Assembly: GCA_036522895.1 (NCBI GenBank)
Contig: DATDEX010000279.1
Span: 5,793 to 69,792, forward strand
Source of the DNA: Candidatus Eiseniibacteriota bacterium
GTDB taxonomy: Bacteria; Eisenbacteria; RBG-16-71-46
Direction: 5' to 3'
Length of the DNA: 64,000 bases
The notes beneath the pieces were generated by a model. That model was not told the DNA's origin, searched no databases, and saw only the letters and a list, made by a program, of their open reading frames with translations. The translations under genes were made by a program, and so were the position numbers. Shown piece by piece: positions 1 through 10,245 of the stretch; the stretch's first letter is position 1, and each line of letters begins with the position of its first letter.

Positions 1-121
1 GCGCAGAAAAGTTCGACGCCCGTGTCGAAACGCCGCCCCCTCGTTCGACGCCCTCAGTGAAGGGTCGGAGCGGCCCGACGAAATCGTCCGGCGGCCCGGC
101 CCGCAGACTGAGGAGGCAGCT

Positions 122-559
122 ATGAACGCCAACCGCATCAAGGCCATCGCGTACTGGTCCACGACCGGCATCCTCGCGCTCGAGTTCGCCATGGGGGGCA
201 TCTTCAGCGTCCTCCGCCCACCCGTCGTGGTCGCCGGCCTCACGCACCTCGGCTACCCGGCCTATCTCCCCGTCCTCCTCGGCACCTGGAAGCTGCTGGG
301 TGTTCTGGCGCTCCTCGCCCCCCGATTCCCGCGGCTCAAGGAGTGGGCGTACGCCGGTATCATGTTCGACCTGACGGGCGCCGCGTTCTCGCACGCCTCG
401 AGCGGGGACGGGGCCGGCGACATCGCCGCGCCGCTCGTGTTCCTGGTGCTCGCGATCGTCTCGTGGCTGCTGCGTCCGCAGAGCCGCACGCTGGGCGCGA
501 TCCTGCCCGCACGAGCCGAGCGCGTGCGTGTCGAGCGCGAGGCGCCACAGGCCGCGTAG
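122..559 (+). CDS. DoxX-family integral membrane protein
   Basis: 145-aa ORF with 4 hydrophobic helices. The AIAYWSTTGILALEF...GYPAYLPVLLGTWKLLGVLALL pattern is typical of the DoxX/DoxD fold. Confidence 0.55.
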   Translation: MNANRIKAIAYWSTTGILALEFAMGGIFSVLRPPVVVAGLTHLGYPAYLPVLLGTWKLLGVLALLAPRFPRLKEWAYAGIMFDLTGAAFSHASSGDGAGDIAAPLVFLVLAIVSWLLRPQSRTLGAILPARAERVRVEREAPQAA

Positions 560-670
560 CGCTCGCGGGAGCAGTGCCCGCCCGCGCACGCCGACTGGAA
601 GGCACAGGCGAGGGCGGCGGCGGGAGAGTGAATCGATCGAGAGCTACCGCAACCACGAAAGGAGAGCACC

Positions 671-1021
671 ATGCGATTCCTCTGCATCTTCAAAGCCGTC
701 GAGGGCGCGCCGCCCAGCGAGAAGGAGATGACCGAGATGGGCGCGCTGATCGGCGAGATGGCGAGCGCGGGTGTGCTGCTCGCGACCGAGGGATGCCTGC
801 CGAGCGCCAGGGGCGCACGTGTGCGGCGCGCGAAGGGGACGGTCACGGTGACCGACGGTCCGTTCACCGAGAGCAAGGAGGTCATCGGCGGCTTCGCGTT
901 GATCGAGACCCCGTCGATGCAGGAGGCCATCGAGTGGACCAAGCGCTTCATCGACGTGGCGGGCGACGGGGAGTCGGAGATTCGGGAGCTCTATCCGACC
1001 CCGGCGTTCGTGCGGGGGTGA
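671..1021 (+). CDS. YciI-like / DGPF-domain protein
   Basis: 116-aa ORF containing the VTDGPFTE motif characteristic of YCII-related/DGPF domain proteins. A GGAGAG SD-like sequence lies upstream. Confidence 0.55.
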   Translation: MRFLCIFKAVEGAPPSEKEMTEMGALIGEMASAGVLLATEGCLPSARGARVRRAKGTVTVTDGPFTESKEVIGGFALIETPSMQEAIEWTKRFIDVAGDGESEIRELYPTPAFVRG

Positions 1022-1110
1022 GGGCTCGCGCATGCGTCCGGCATGGCCGTGGCTGGGAAGACAGGGTAACCTGGCGACGTAGGGCACCACTCGATGTCGA
1101 GGTGTGACGC

Positions 1111-1317
1111 ATGCGATGCCATGTGACGCTCCGGCGAGAGGGCGCGTCGTTCGTCGCCCGCTGCGCGGAGTACCCCGGCTGCGTGGGCCGGGCGGCGACG
1201 CGCGACGAGGCGCTCGAGCGTCTGCGGAGCGAAGTGTTGTTCTGGCTCGAGGCTTGCCCGTGCGACACCACGGCGGATGCCGGGTTGGTGTTCGAAGTGG
1301 TGGGAGAAGCGGGCTGA
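1111..1317 (+). CDS. HicB-like (UPF0150) antitoxin-fold small protein, orphan
   Basis: 68 aa. 'CHVTLRREGASFVARCAEYPGCVGRAATRDEALERLRSEV' matches the HicB/UPF0150 N-terminal fold. No HicA partner is adjacent. Confidence 0.35.
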   Translation: MRCHVTLRREGASFVARCAEYPGCVGRAATRDEALERLRSEVLFWLEACPCDTTADAGLVFEVVGEAG

Positions 1318-1436
1318 GCGCGCCGTGACGCCATGGATCCTGCTCCGCCGGGTCTGTCCTCGCATGTATAGCCCAACCGAATCATCATAGTTGACGCGTT
1401 GATTCGCTACGCCCAACACTCCTGCCCGGTGCTCGA

Positions 1437-2423
1437 GTGCGAGGAGGCGCGGTGTCCCGGGCGAATGCGGCGAAATGGCTGTTGCTGATCCACCAGATTC
1501 CGGCGAAGCCGGACTACCTGCGCGTCAAGTTCCGGCGCCGGCTGGCTCTCCTGGGCGCGGTCGCGCTCAAGAACTCGGTGTACGTGCTGCCGGCGGAGCC
1601 TGAAGCCCGGGCCGGGCTCGGTGCCCTGGCGCGCGACATCCTCCGGCAGGGCGGTGAGGCGGTGCTCTGCGAAGCCGGTCTGGTCGAAGGACTGGCGGAC
1701 GGCGCGATCGAGGACCTGCTGCGAGGCGCCCGCGCGGCGGAGTACGCGGTGGTCAGCCGGGAGGCGAAGCGCCTGGCCTCGGAGCTGCGCGGTGCCAGGG
1801 GTCGCGACGAATCCCGTCGCCGGCGCGTCGGCCAGGCGCTCGAGCGACTGCGGGCGCGGTTCGCTCAGACCGTCGCGCGTGACACGTTCGCTGCCCCCGG
1901 ACGCGAGGCAGCCGCCGGGCTGCTCTCGCTCGTCGAGGATCTCGTTCAAGGGGTCGAGGAGAACGCCCAGCGTCGGATCCAGACCCCCGAGCCGCCGAAG
2001 GGCGCCACGTGGGTGACACGCACCGGAGTCATGGTGGATCGCATCTCCAGCGCCTGGCTCATCCGCCGGTTCATCGACCCCACCGCACGTTTCAAGTTCG
2101 TGCCCGGGCGCGGCTATCGCCCGCGCGAGGGCGAGATCCGGTTCGACATGGCCGCGGCCGAGTTCACCCACCACGAGGGCCGTTGCACGTTCGAGGTGCT
2201 GGTCGAGCGCTTTGGGCTCCGCGATTCGGCGCTCAGGCCCATCGCGGAGATCGTCCACGACCTGGACCTCGAAGATGGTCGCTACAACCGCCCCGAGGCC
2301 GCGGGGGTGGACCGCATGATCGTCGGCCTCGCGATCGCCCGCCAGCCCGACGAGACGCGCATCGCCCAGGGCTCGACCTTGTTCGAAAACCTCTACGAGT
2401 CGTTTCGCCGGCGAGCCCGATAG
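1437..2423 (+). CDS. chrB: ChrB-like chromate-resistance regulatory protein (N- and C-terminal ChrB domains)
   Basis: 328 aa. The C-terminal block 'WVTRTGVMVDRISSAWLIRRFIDPTARFKFV...HHEGRCTFEVL' is the ChrB C-terminal domain signature. The N-terminal half is ChrB_N-like. Confidence 0.6.
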   Translation: MRGGAVSRANAAKWLLLIHQIPAKPDYLRVKFRRRLALLGAVALKNSVYVLPAEPEARAGLGALARDILRQGGEAVLCEAGLVEGLADGAIEDLLRGARAAEYAVVSREAKRLASELRGARGRDESRRRRVGQALERLRARFAQTVARDTFAAPGREAAAGLLSLVEDLVQGVEENAQRRIQTPEPPKGATWVTRTGVMVDRISSAWLIRRFIDPTARFKFVPGRGYRPREGEIRFDMAAAEFTHHEGRCTFEVLVERFGLRDSALRPIAEIVHDLDLEDGRYNRPEAAGVDRMIVGLAIARQPDETRIAQGSTLFENLYESFRRRAR

Positions 2424-2500
2424 ATGCTGCCCCCGGGTCGTGACTTCGCATGTCCGTCACCCACGGCGCCCTCACCCGGCGCCAGAAAAGGAGAACCCAG

Positions 2501-2962
2501 ATGAAATGGATCACGCGTGAAAACGTGCACGTCGATCGCGTCGCCTGCCCCTGGCTCATTCGCAGGTTCGTCGATCCGAAGGCCGAGTTCCTGTTCGTGC
2601 CCGCCGACCAGGTCATGGCGGTGGCGGAGCGGGAGGGGGCGACGCCGTTCGACGTGAAGGGCGTCGAGCTCGGGCACCATGGCAAGGAGTGCTCGTTCGA
2701 CGCGATCGTCAAGAAGCACGGCCTCACCTCGGATCCCGCGCTCGTGCTGCTCGCCCGGATCGTGAACGGCGCGGACACGGACAACTCGCTCTGGAACCAG
2801 CCGGAATCGGCGGGACTCAAGGCCGTGGCCGAGGGCTTTCGCGGGCTCGGCTACAAGAACGACCACGAGCTGAACGCCGCCGAGTGGATCGTTTACGACG
2901 CGCTCTACGCCTACTGCAAGCAGATGGTGCAGGCGGGAAAGACCGAGGGTGCGATCCGGTGA
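2501..2962 (+). CDS. stand-alone ChrB C-terminal-domain protein (ChrB paralog)
   Basis: 153 aa from ATG 2501, 8 nt downstream of an AAGGAG SD. 'WITRENVHVDRVACPWLIRRFVDPKAEFLFVP...HHGKECSFDAI' parallels the C-domain of the upstream gene. Confidence 0.6.
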   Translation: MKWITRENVHVDRVACPWLIRRFVDPKAEFLFVPADQVMAVAEREGATPFDVKGVELGHHGKECSFDAIVKKHGLTSDPALVLLARIVNGADTDNSLWNQPESAGLKAVAEGFRGLGYKNDHELNAAEWIVYDALYAYCKQMVQAGKTEGAIR

Positions 2963-3062
2963 GACTGCGTGAGGTCGTGAGGGAACGGCGTGGGTCGGTG
3001 GCGCGCCTCGGTCGGGCTCGGCGCGTGAGGGAAACGAGCGCTGGCGGGGTTCAGGGGCCTGC

Positions 3063-3986
3063 ATGAGCCTCGAGCATCTCGCCTTCATCGACCTGCCCGT
3101 GCACATCGGCAGGGGCGGTTTCGACCATGCCGCGGTCGATCGCCGCAGTGGCCTCCTCTACGTGGCCCACACGGCCAACGACGCGGTGGACGTCATCGAT
3201 ACGCGCCTGGGCAAGCACGTCCGCTCGATCCAGAACCTCGAGGGCGTCGCGGGGGCGCTCGTCCACGAGGAATCGGGGCTCGTCTTCACCTCGAACCGTG
3301 GCGAGAACTCCGTGGGGCTCTTCACCCCGGGCTCACCGGAGGTCGTGAAGATCGCGGTCGGCGTGCGACCGAATGGCCTGGCCTACGACCCCGGTCGCGG
3401 CATCCTGCTCTGCGCGAACGTGGGGGATCCGAACGTGCCGGGCTCGCCGAGCGTCACGATGGTCGGGGTGGCCGAGAGAGCCGTGCTCGCCACCGTCGGG
3501 ATGCCGGGACGGACGCGGTGGGCGGTGTTCGACCCGGAGCGGCAGGTGTTCTTCGTCAACATCGCGGACCCGTTCGAGATCGTCGTCGTCGACCCGCAGC
3601 GGCCGGACCGGATCGCGAGCACTTTCGAGATACCTGCCCGTGGACCGCACGGGCTCGAGCTGGATGAAGCCCGCGGAAGACTCTACTGCGCCTGTGATGC
3701 GGGCACGCTGGTCGCCCTCGATTCCCGCTCGGGCCGCACGATCGACACGCTCGGGTTGAGCGGCGGGCCCGATGTGATCTTCCTCGATCCCGAGCGCGGG
3801 CATCTCCACCTGGCGATCGGCGAGCCCGGCGTGATCGACGTCATCGACGTCGCGGCGTGGAAGCGCGTGGAAGTCGTGGCCACCGAGCGCGGCGCGCACA
3901 CGATCGCGCTCGACGCGACCGCGCATCACGTCTACGCGTTCCTGCCGGACACTCACCGGGCGATGGTATTTCACGATGTGGCGTAG
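3063..3986 (+). CDS. YVTN-family beta-propeller repeat protein
   Basis: 307 aa with repeated ~40-aa units of the YVTN beta-propeller type (LYVAHTANDAVDVID; LLCANVGDPN; FFVNIADPFEIVVVD; LYCACDAGTLVALD; HLHLAIGEPGVIDVIDV). Confidence 0.5.
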   Translation: MSLEHLAFIDLPVHIGRGGFDHAAVDRRSGLLYVAHTANDAVDVIDTRLGKHVRSIQNLEGVAGALVHEESGLVFTSNRGENSVGLFTPGSPEVVKIAVGVRPNGLAYDPGRGILLCANVGDPNVPGSPSVTMVGVAERAVLATVGMPGRTRWAVFDPERQVFFVNIADPFEIVVVDPQRPDRIASTFEIPARGPHGLELDEARGRLYCACDAGTLVALDSRSGRTIDTLGLSGGPDVIFLDPERGHLHLAIGEPGVIDVIDVAAWKRVEVVATERGAHTIALDATAHHVYAFLPDTHRAMVFHDVA

Positions 3987-4019
3987 CTCGAGAGCGCGAA
4001 CGACCGTGGAGCAGGTTCG

Positions 4020-5246
4020 GTGATGGCTCAAACCCGCGACACGAGGCTCCTCTTTACGGCACGCTCCATCCGGCTCTTTGCTTACGGGTTCCTTTCCATC
4101 ATCTTCGTGCTCTACCTCGTGCGCATCGGAATGGGCGGGCCCGCGATCGGACTGCTGCTCGCGTTGACACTGCTCGGGGACGCCGGCATCTCGCTGTGGA
4201 TCACGACGCGGGCCGATCGCATGGGGCGCCGCCGCATGCTGCTGCTGGGCGCGGCGCTGATGGCGGCGGGAGGCATCGCCTTCCTGCTCACCCGCCGGCC
4301 GGAGCTGCTCATGCTCGCCGCCATCGTCGGCGTGATCAGCCCGAGCGGCCACGAGATCGGACCGTTCCTCTCGATCGAGCAGGCCGCGCTCTCGCAGCTC
4401 GTCTCGGATCGGGAGCGCACGCGGGTGTTCGCCTGGTACAACCTCGCCGGCTCGGTCGCCACGGCACTAGGCGCGCTCGCCGGCGGCTGGCTCACGCACT
4501 TCGCGCAGCAGCGCGGGGTGAGCGATCTCGACTCGTACCGGGTGCTCCTCGCCTGCTACGCCGCGGTCGGCGTGATGCTCGCCGCGCTCTTTACCCTGCT
4601 GTCGCCGGCGGTCGAGATCCCGCCCGCGGAGCCGCGCCCCGCGCGCAGCTCGCGCCTGGGGCTCCATCGCTCGGGGGGCGTGGTGGCGCGCCTCGGCGCG
4701 CTGTTCGCGCTCGATGCGTTCGCGGGCGGCTTCGTGCTGCAGAGCGTGATGGCGTACTGGTTTCACGTCCGCTTCGGCGCGAGCACGGCCGCCGTGGGAA
4801 GCCTGTTCTTCGGCGCGAACCTGCTGGCCGCGGTCTCGGCGCTGCTGGCGCATCGAATCGCGGCCCGCATCGGCCTCGTAAACACGATGGTCGCCACGCA
4901 CCTGCCTTCCAACGTCATGCTGGTGCTCGTGCCGTTGATGCCCAGCATGGCCAGCGCGATGGGGCTCCTCCTGGCCCGCTACGCGATCTCGCAGATGGAC
5001 GTGCCGACGCGGCAGTCCTACACCATGGCCGTCGTGGCGCCCGACGAGCGCGCGGCGGCGGCGGGGGTGACCGCGATCGCGAGATCGCTCGGCGCGGGCG
5101 TCGCGCCGGTGATCGGCGGCGCGTTCCTGCTCACGGGGAGCGGCGCGCCGTTTTTCGTGGCGGGCGGACTCAAGATCCTCTACGACCTGCTCCTCTACCG
5201 CGCGTTCCGGCGGATGCCGGCCCCGACGGATCCCGATCCGTCCTGA
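4020..5246 (+). CDS. MFS transporter
   Basis: 408 aa with 12 predicted TM helices. The 'TRADRMGRRRMLLLG' loop 2-3 motif is typical of major facilitator proteins. Confidence 0.7.
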   Translation: MMAQTRDTRLLFTARSIRLFAYGFLSIIFVLYLVRIGMGGPAIGLLLALTLLGDAGISLWITTRADRMGRRRMLLLGAALMAAGGIAFLLTRRPELLMLAAIVGVISPSGHEIGPFLSIEQAALSQLVSDRERTRVFAWYNLAGSVATALGALAGGWLTHFAQQRGVSDLDSYRVLLACYAAVGVMLAALFTLLSPAVEIPPAEPRPARSSRLGLHRSGGVVARLGALFALDAFAGGFVLQSVMAYWFHVRFGASTAAVGSLFFGANLLAAVSALLAHRIAARIGLVNTMVATHLPSNVMLVLVPLMPSMASAMGLLLARYAISQMDVPTRQSYTMAVVAPDERAAAAGVTAIARSLGAGVAPVIGGAFLLTGSGAPFFVAGGLKILYDLLLYRAFRRMPAPTDPDPS

Positions 5247-5516
5247 CGCGCGGGCGAGCGGCGCGCGCAGCGCCGTAGCGAGGATCCCGGGCAGCTCGCA
5301 TGATCCGGCGCGCCTCGATTCTCTCCCCGGTTGGGCGAACTCCCCCGCGAGGGGCGCGGTTTCCCCCAACGAGCCTCGAAACCGCTCCCGACTCCCGAGC
5401 CGACGCCGACGGAAGGAACCGTCCCATCTCGTTGCGGCGAACCCCCGACCCGCAGCCCGGGACGCTCGGGCACGAGGGATGCAGTAGAGAGACTGTGAAG
5501 CACATCGTCCAACAAA

Positions 5517-8500
5517 ATGCAAGGGGGAAAGATGCGAAATGAGTTCTTCTTCGCCACCGCAGCGGTCGTGCTCCTCACCAGCGGGCCGATGACCGCAGCT
5601 GCATCGACCACCACGACCCCGGCTTCGGGCGGGACCAACGTTTCGGCGGATGTGGCGCAGAACGGGGTCACGCCGGCCTTCACGACCCTGGGTAGCATGG
5701 TGATCACGGAGGCCAGCAACAACGACTTCCGGACGACTGGCACCCTCATCCTGACCGCTCCGAGTGGCTGGCAGTTCAATCCGGCGGCCGCGATCACCGC
5801 GACCCCCGGCAAGGTGGGAGGGGGCTCGACCGCGAACGACATTTCCGCCTCGGTCGGCGCGGTCAGCGCGACCGAGATCACCGTGAACCTCACCGTGAGC
5901 GCCACGGCCCGGCTCGACAACCTCACGCTCAGCGGCATCCAGGTCCAGGCCGTCGAAGGCGGGGCTCTGCCGGTGGCCGGGAACATCCTGCGCAGCTCGG
6001 CGAACCCGGGCACGGCGACCATCGTCGGCGTGACCAACGACGCCACCAACTTCGGGTCGCTCTCCCAGGCGGCCGGCGCGCTCCGGCTCTTCGTCGTGCT
6101 GCCGGGCCAGTCGTTCACCGACGGCAGCACCGTCGCCGCGAGCGGCGTGAGCGGCGCTGCCCCGAACCAGGCGGCGGGCGTTGCGTTCAACCTGAGCGAG
6201 CTCGTCGCCGCCGACCGGGAGTTCAACGTCGCGGCCACGTACAGCGGCGCCAAGACGATCGCCTACGCCGGCGCCGGCGGCAGCCCGAGCTTCACCACCA
6301 ACGTCAGCTTTACCGGCGGCCACTCCACCACGGCACTCGCGACCACGTTGCGCAAGGCCGAGACCGTCGCGCTGTCGGCGACCTCCGCCACCGCACCGGC
6401 GATCGCGACCGCGCTGCCCAGCGCGAGCTTCAGCGTCGCTCCCGGCCCGGTGAGCAAGCTTCAGCTCCTGCTTCCCGGCGAGACCGCCGCCCCCGGCACG
6501 GCCACCGGCAAGACCGGCACGCCCGTGGCCCAGACCGCCGGCGCCGCGATGCTCAACAACGTGCGCGTCAACGCGGTCGATGCGGATTGGAACGTGATCG
6601 CCAGCGCGTCACCCGACGTGGCGATCGGCAGCTCGGACGCCGCGGCCGCGATCGCCGACGACAACGGCGCCACCGGCGGCAACCTCTCGCTCGTCGCCGG
6701 CTCCGGCACGCTGTCGAGCTTCACGTTCTGGACCGGCGGCGCTCCCCAGACGCTCTCCGCCACGGATGCCGCCGCCGCGCTCAGCGCCGGCACGAGCGCG
6801 AGCGTAACGGTGAACAAGGCGCCTTCCGCCACGGGCGTGACCTCCTCGCAGAATCCCGCGACGTTCGGGCAGTCGGTCACGTTCACGGCGACGGTCACGG
6901 GTGGCATGGGCACGCCTTCCGGCACGGTCAACTTCAAGGACGGCTCGACGGTGATCGGGAACGCCATCGCGCTCGACGGCTCCGGGGTCGCGAGCTTCAC
7001 CCCCGCCTCCCTGACCGCGGCCACCCACACGATCACCGCCGTCTACAGTGGCAACGCGCTCTACAACACCAGCACCTCGGCCAATCTCGCGCAGGTCGTC
7101 AACAAGGCGAGCACGGCGACCGCGCTCGTCTCCTCGCTCAATCCCACCTGCGCCGGCCAGCCGGTGACGCTCACCGCCACGGTCAGCGTGGTCGCTCCGG
7201 GAGCGGGCGTTCCCGCCGGCACCGTCAACTTCAAGGACGGCTCGACCGTGATCGGGAGCAACATCGCGCTCAACGGGTCGGCGGTGGCGACGTTCACCAC
7301 GTCGGCGCTGTCGTCGGCCAATCACAACCTGACCGCCGTCTACAACGGCAACAGCAGCTTCAACACCAGCACCTCCTCGCCCGCCCTGGTCGAGACCGTG
7401 CATGCCAAGCCGACCGCCAGCGTCTCCGGGAGCACCTCGATCTGCACCGGCGGCTCCGCCGCGATTCAGGCCGCGCTCGGTGGCACCAGCCCCTGGACCG
7501 TGACCTGGTCCGACGGCCTCGTCCAGAGTGGCGTCACCACGAGCCCCGCGAGCCGTTCGGTGAGTCCCGCCGCGACGACCACGTTCAGCGTCACCAGCGT
7601 CGTCGATGCCTTCTGCTCGAACACCGGCTCGGGGAGCGCCACCGTGACGGTGAACGCGCTGCCCGCCATCTCGGCCCAGCCCGCCCCCAAGAACGTGTGC
7701 GCGGGCAGCACCGCGACGTTCACGGTCACGGCCTCCGGCGCCGGCCTCACGTACCGGTGGCGTAAGGACGGCGTCAACCTGGTGAACGGCGGCCACGTCG
7801 CCGGCGCCACCAGCGCCCTGCTCACGATCAGCTCCGCGGCCGCCGCCGATGCCGGCTCGTACGATGTCGTGGTGAGCGGCACCTGCCCGCCGGCCCTGAC
7901 CTCGAACGCCGCGAGCCTCACCGTCAACCCGATCCCCAACGCGACCATCACGGCGGCCTCGCTCCTGTGCGCCGGCTCGCCCGGGAACGCGGCGTCGGTC
8001 CCCGACGCCGGCGCGGGCGCCAGCTACGCTTGGACCATCAGCAACGGCAGCATCACCGGCGGAGCGGCGACGCCCATCGTCAGCTACACGGCGGGCGCGA
8101 GCGGGAATTCGATGACGCTCAACGTCACGGTCACGAGCCCCAACGGCTGCGGCGCCTCGAGCAGCAAGGTCGTCAGCCTCTCGACCGGCGGCGTCGCGAT
8201 CGAGGACTGGAAGAATATCCCGGCCGGCACCGAGAGCTGGCAGAGCGCGACGCTCCAGACCAAGGACATGACGTATCCCGAGGGCGGCACGATCCCGTAT
8301 CGCCTGACGCTGCCGCAGCCGTGCGTCGGCAGCACGTGGAGCATCACGCTCCAGTACGACTTCGTCGACGTGTCGAGCGGCGCCCACTTCTGTGACTTCC
8401 TCACCTCGTACAACGCGTACGAGGGCTCCGTGAACGGACAGGCGTGCGCGGGCCGCACGTGCACCGGGGAGTCGACGTTCCCGATCCCGGCCGACGGGGA

Positions 8501-10178
8501 CCTGTCGTACCAGATGCCCGGCGTGTTTACGGTCGAGAACGGCACGATCACCGGCACCAGCGCCTACACGACCACCCTGGCCGGTGGCTCGCTTTCGAAG
8601 CAGGTGACGCTCACCGGCACCGCGACGTCGGGGGCCGACGTCATGATCCTCTTCGGGGCCCACCTAGCGCGCGACTACGAGTGGGGCGCCGACCGGGGCG
8701 CCCACGAGTGGCCCACGGGCACGGGGAGCCTCGGCTTCCTCGACTACAGCGGCGGCGCGGGCAGCAGCACCGCCGGGCACACGAACGTGAAGGTCAGCGA
8801 CAATATCCTGGACAACCCGTCGCAGTCCGACCTCGCGGTGGTGGCGACGGATACGCCCGACCCGGTGAACGCCGGGCAGAACCTCACCTTCAGCATCCTC
8901 GTGAGCAACAGCGGTCCGCTGTCGTCCACCGCCGATACGCTCACCGATGCGGTTCCCGCCGGGACCACGTTCGTGTCCGCGACGGCCCCCTCCGGCTGGA
9001 GCATGACGACGCCGGCCGTGGGCGGGACCGGGACCGTGAGATGGATTCTGCCCACCAGCTTCAACGCCGGCGCGAACGCCACGTTCGGGATGGTGGTCGC
9101 GGTGAACGTTGGCGCCGTCGGTACGGTCGAGAACACCGCCACGCTCACGAGCGGCAACGTGGATGCGTACCTCTTCAACAACAGCTCCCATACCAGCACG
9201 ACCATCTTCGGGACGTGCACCATGCCGTCGGTCGCGGCCGATCCGGCCAACGTCACCGTGGAGGAGGGCGCTGACGCGAGCTTCAGCGTCGCGGCGACCG
9301 GCGCCCCGGCGCCCGCGATCCAGTGGCAGGTGATGCCCAGTGGCGGGAGCAGCTTCAGCGACGTGCCCGGGGCTACCGGCGCGTCGCTGAGCTTCACGGC
9401 CGCGCTGGCCCAGAACGGCAACCAGTACCGGGTGCGATTCAGCAACCCGTGCGGGAGCCAGTTCTCCGCCGCCGCGACGCTGACCGTGAACGAACCCGAG
9501 ACGGTGAACGAACCCAATCCGACCGAGACGCCCCGGCTGGCGCACAACGCGCCGGGCGTCAGCATCACCGGCCTGACGCTCGGCACGACGTTCGTCGTCG
9601 GTCAGCCGGTGACGTTCACCGGCAGCTTCACCGGCACCGCCGGAAACTCGTACACCGCCCGGTGGACCATCGGCGGCGCCAGCGTCCCCGGCATCGTGAA
9701 CAACGCGACGGGGTCCGTCGAGGCCAGCTACACGTTCGACACGCCGGGAACCTATTCCATCAAGCTCACCGTGACCGACCAGGCCGGGGTGCGTGGCAGC
9801 ACCAGCCAGGCGGGCGGCACCGAGGCCAAGGCGATCGTCTACGGCGCCGGCAGCACGCCGGCGGTCGACCTCGGCCGGACGCTCGAGTTCCGGCTGGCGC
9901 AGAACACGCCGAACCCGTTCCGCAACGGCACCGAGATCCGCTTCAGCCTGCCGTCACAGAGCCGGGTGAAGCTCGGCGTGTTCGACCTCGCGGGCCGCCA
10001 GGTGGCCACGTTGTCGGACCAGGTCTGGGAGCCGGGCAACCACTCGCTCAACTGGTCGGGGCGGCTCGACGGCGGCGCGCTCGCCCGGGGCGGTGTCTAC
10101 ATCGTCCAGATGGTCGCCTACTCGACCACCGACGGTGGGCATTACAGCTCGCAGAAGAAGATGATCCGGATCGACTGA
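5517..10178 (+). CDS. giant secreted Ig-like/DUF11 repeat surface protein with C-terminal T9SS/FlgD-Ig-like sorting domain
   Basis: 1553 aa with a signal peptide (MRNEFFFATAAVVLLTSGPMTAAAS). It carries many Ser/Thr/Gly/Ala-rich Ig-like repeats: 'ATFGQSVTFTATV...GTVNFKDGSTVIGNAIALDGSGVA' occurs twice, and several HYR/Ig-like units carry Cys pairs. The C-terminus 'NPFRNGTEIRFSLPSQSRVKLGVFDLAGRQVATL...GVYIVQM' resembles the Por/T9SS (FlgD-Ig-like) C-terminal domain. Confidence 0.6.
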   Translation: MQGGKMRNEFFFATAAVVLLTSGPMTAAASTTTTPASGGTNVSADVAQNGVTPAFTTLGSMVITEASNNDFRTTGTLILTAPSGWQFNPAAAITATPGKVGGGSTANDISASVGAVSATEITVNLTVSATARLDNLTLSGIQVQAVEGGALPVAGNILRSSANPGTATIVGVTNDATNFGSLSQAAGALRLFVVLPGQSFTDGSTVAASGVSGAAPNQAAGVAFNLSELVAADREFNVAATYSGAKTIAYAGAGGSPSFTTNVSFTGGHSTTALATTLRKAETVALSATSATAPAIATALPSASFSVAPGPVSKLQLLLPGETAAPGTATGKTGTPVAQTAGAAMLNNVRVNAVDADWNVIASASPDVAIGSSDAAAAIADDNGATGGNLSLVAGSGTLSSFTFWTGGAPQTLSATDAAAALSAGTSASVTVNKAPSATGVTSSQNPATFGQSVTFTATVTGGMGTPSGTVNFKDGSTVIGNAIALDGSGVASFTPASLTAATHTITAVYSGNALYNTSTSANLAQVVNKASTATALVSSLNPTCAGQPVTLTATVSVVAPGAGVPAGTVNFKDGSTVIGSNIALNGSAVATFTTSALSSANHNLTAVYNGNSSFNTSTSSPALVETVHAKPTASVSGSTSICTGGSAAIQAALGGTSPWTVTWSDGLVQSGVTTSPASRSVSPAATTTFSVTSVVDAFCSNTGSGSATVTVNALPAISAQPAPKNVCAGSTATFTVTASGAGLTYRWRKDGVNLVNGGHVAGATSALLTISSAAAADAGSYDVVVSGTCPPALTSNAASLTVNPIPNATITAASLLCAGSPGNAASVPDAGAGASYAWTISNGSITGGAATPIVSYTAGASGNSMTLNVTVTSPNGCGASSSKVVSLSTGGVAIEDWKNIPAGTESWQSATLQTKDMTYPEGGTIPYRLTLPQPCVGSTWSITLQYDFVDVSSGAHFCDFLTSYNAYEGSVNGQACAGRTCTGESTFPIPADGDLSYQMPGVFTVENGTITGTSAYTTTLAGGSLSKQVTLTGTATSGADVMILFGAHLARDYEWGADRGAHEWPTGTGSLGFLDYSGGAGSSTAGHTNVKVSDNILDNPSQSDLAVVATDTPDPVNAGQNLTFSILVSNSGPLSSTADTLTDAVPAGTTFVSATAPSGWSMTTPAVGGTGTVRWILPTSFNAGANATFGMVVAVNVGAVGTVENTATLTSGNVDAYLFNNSSHTSTTIFGTCTMPSVAADPANVTVEEGADASFSVAATGAPAPAIQWQVMPSGGSSFSDVPGATGASLSFTAALAQNGNQYRVRFSNPCGSQFSAAATLTVNEPETVNEPNPTETPRLAHNAPGVSITGLTLGTTFVVGQPVTFTGSFTGTAGNSYTARWTIGGASVPGIVNNATGSVEASYTFDTPGTYSIKLTVTDQAGVRGSTSQAGGTEAKAIVYGAGSTPAVDLGRTLEFRLAQNTPNPFRNGTEIRFSLPSQSRVKLGVFDLAGRQVATLSDQVWEPGNHSLNWSGRLDGGALARGGVYIVQMVAYSTTDGGHYSSQKKMIRID

Positions 10179-10245
10179 TCGCGGGTGGGCGTGTGTCGGG
10201 GAGGCCGAGCGGCCTCCCCGACACTGTTGCAGCCGGTCGCTCGAT

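Noticed and set aside
343-1107. Long Arg/Gly/Ala-rich ORFs overlapping real genes (e.g. 343..1107 +, 262..951 -, 6587..7765 +, 6609..8663 -, 19066..20532 +, 21312..24218 -, 33482..36208 +, 27703..29406 +, 29261..31129 +, 13190..14620 -, 17930..18967 -)
   Set aside because: These are typical spurious alternative-frame or antisense ORFs of about 70% GC DNA. Their composition is low-complexity R/G/A/P, they have no motifs, and they overlap genes with clear homology-like signatures on the other frame or strand.
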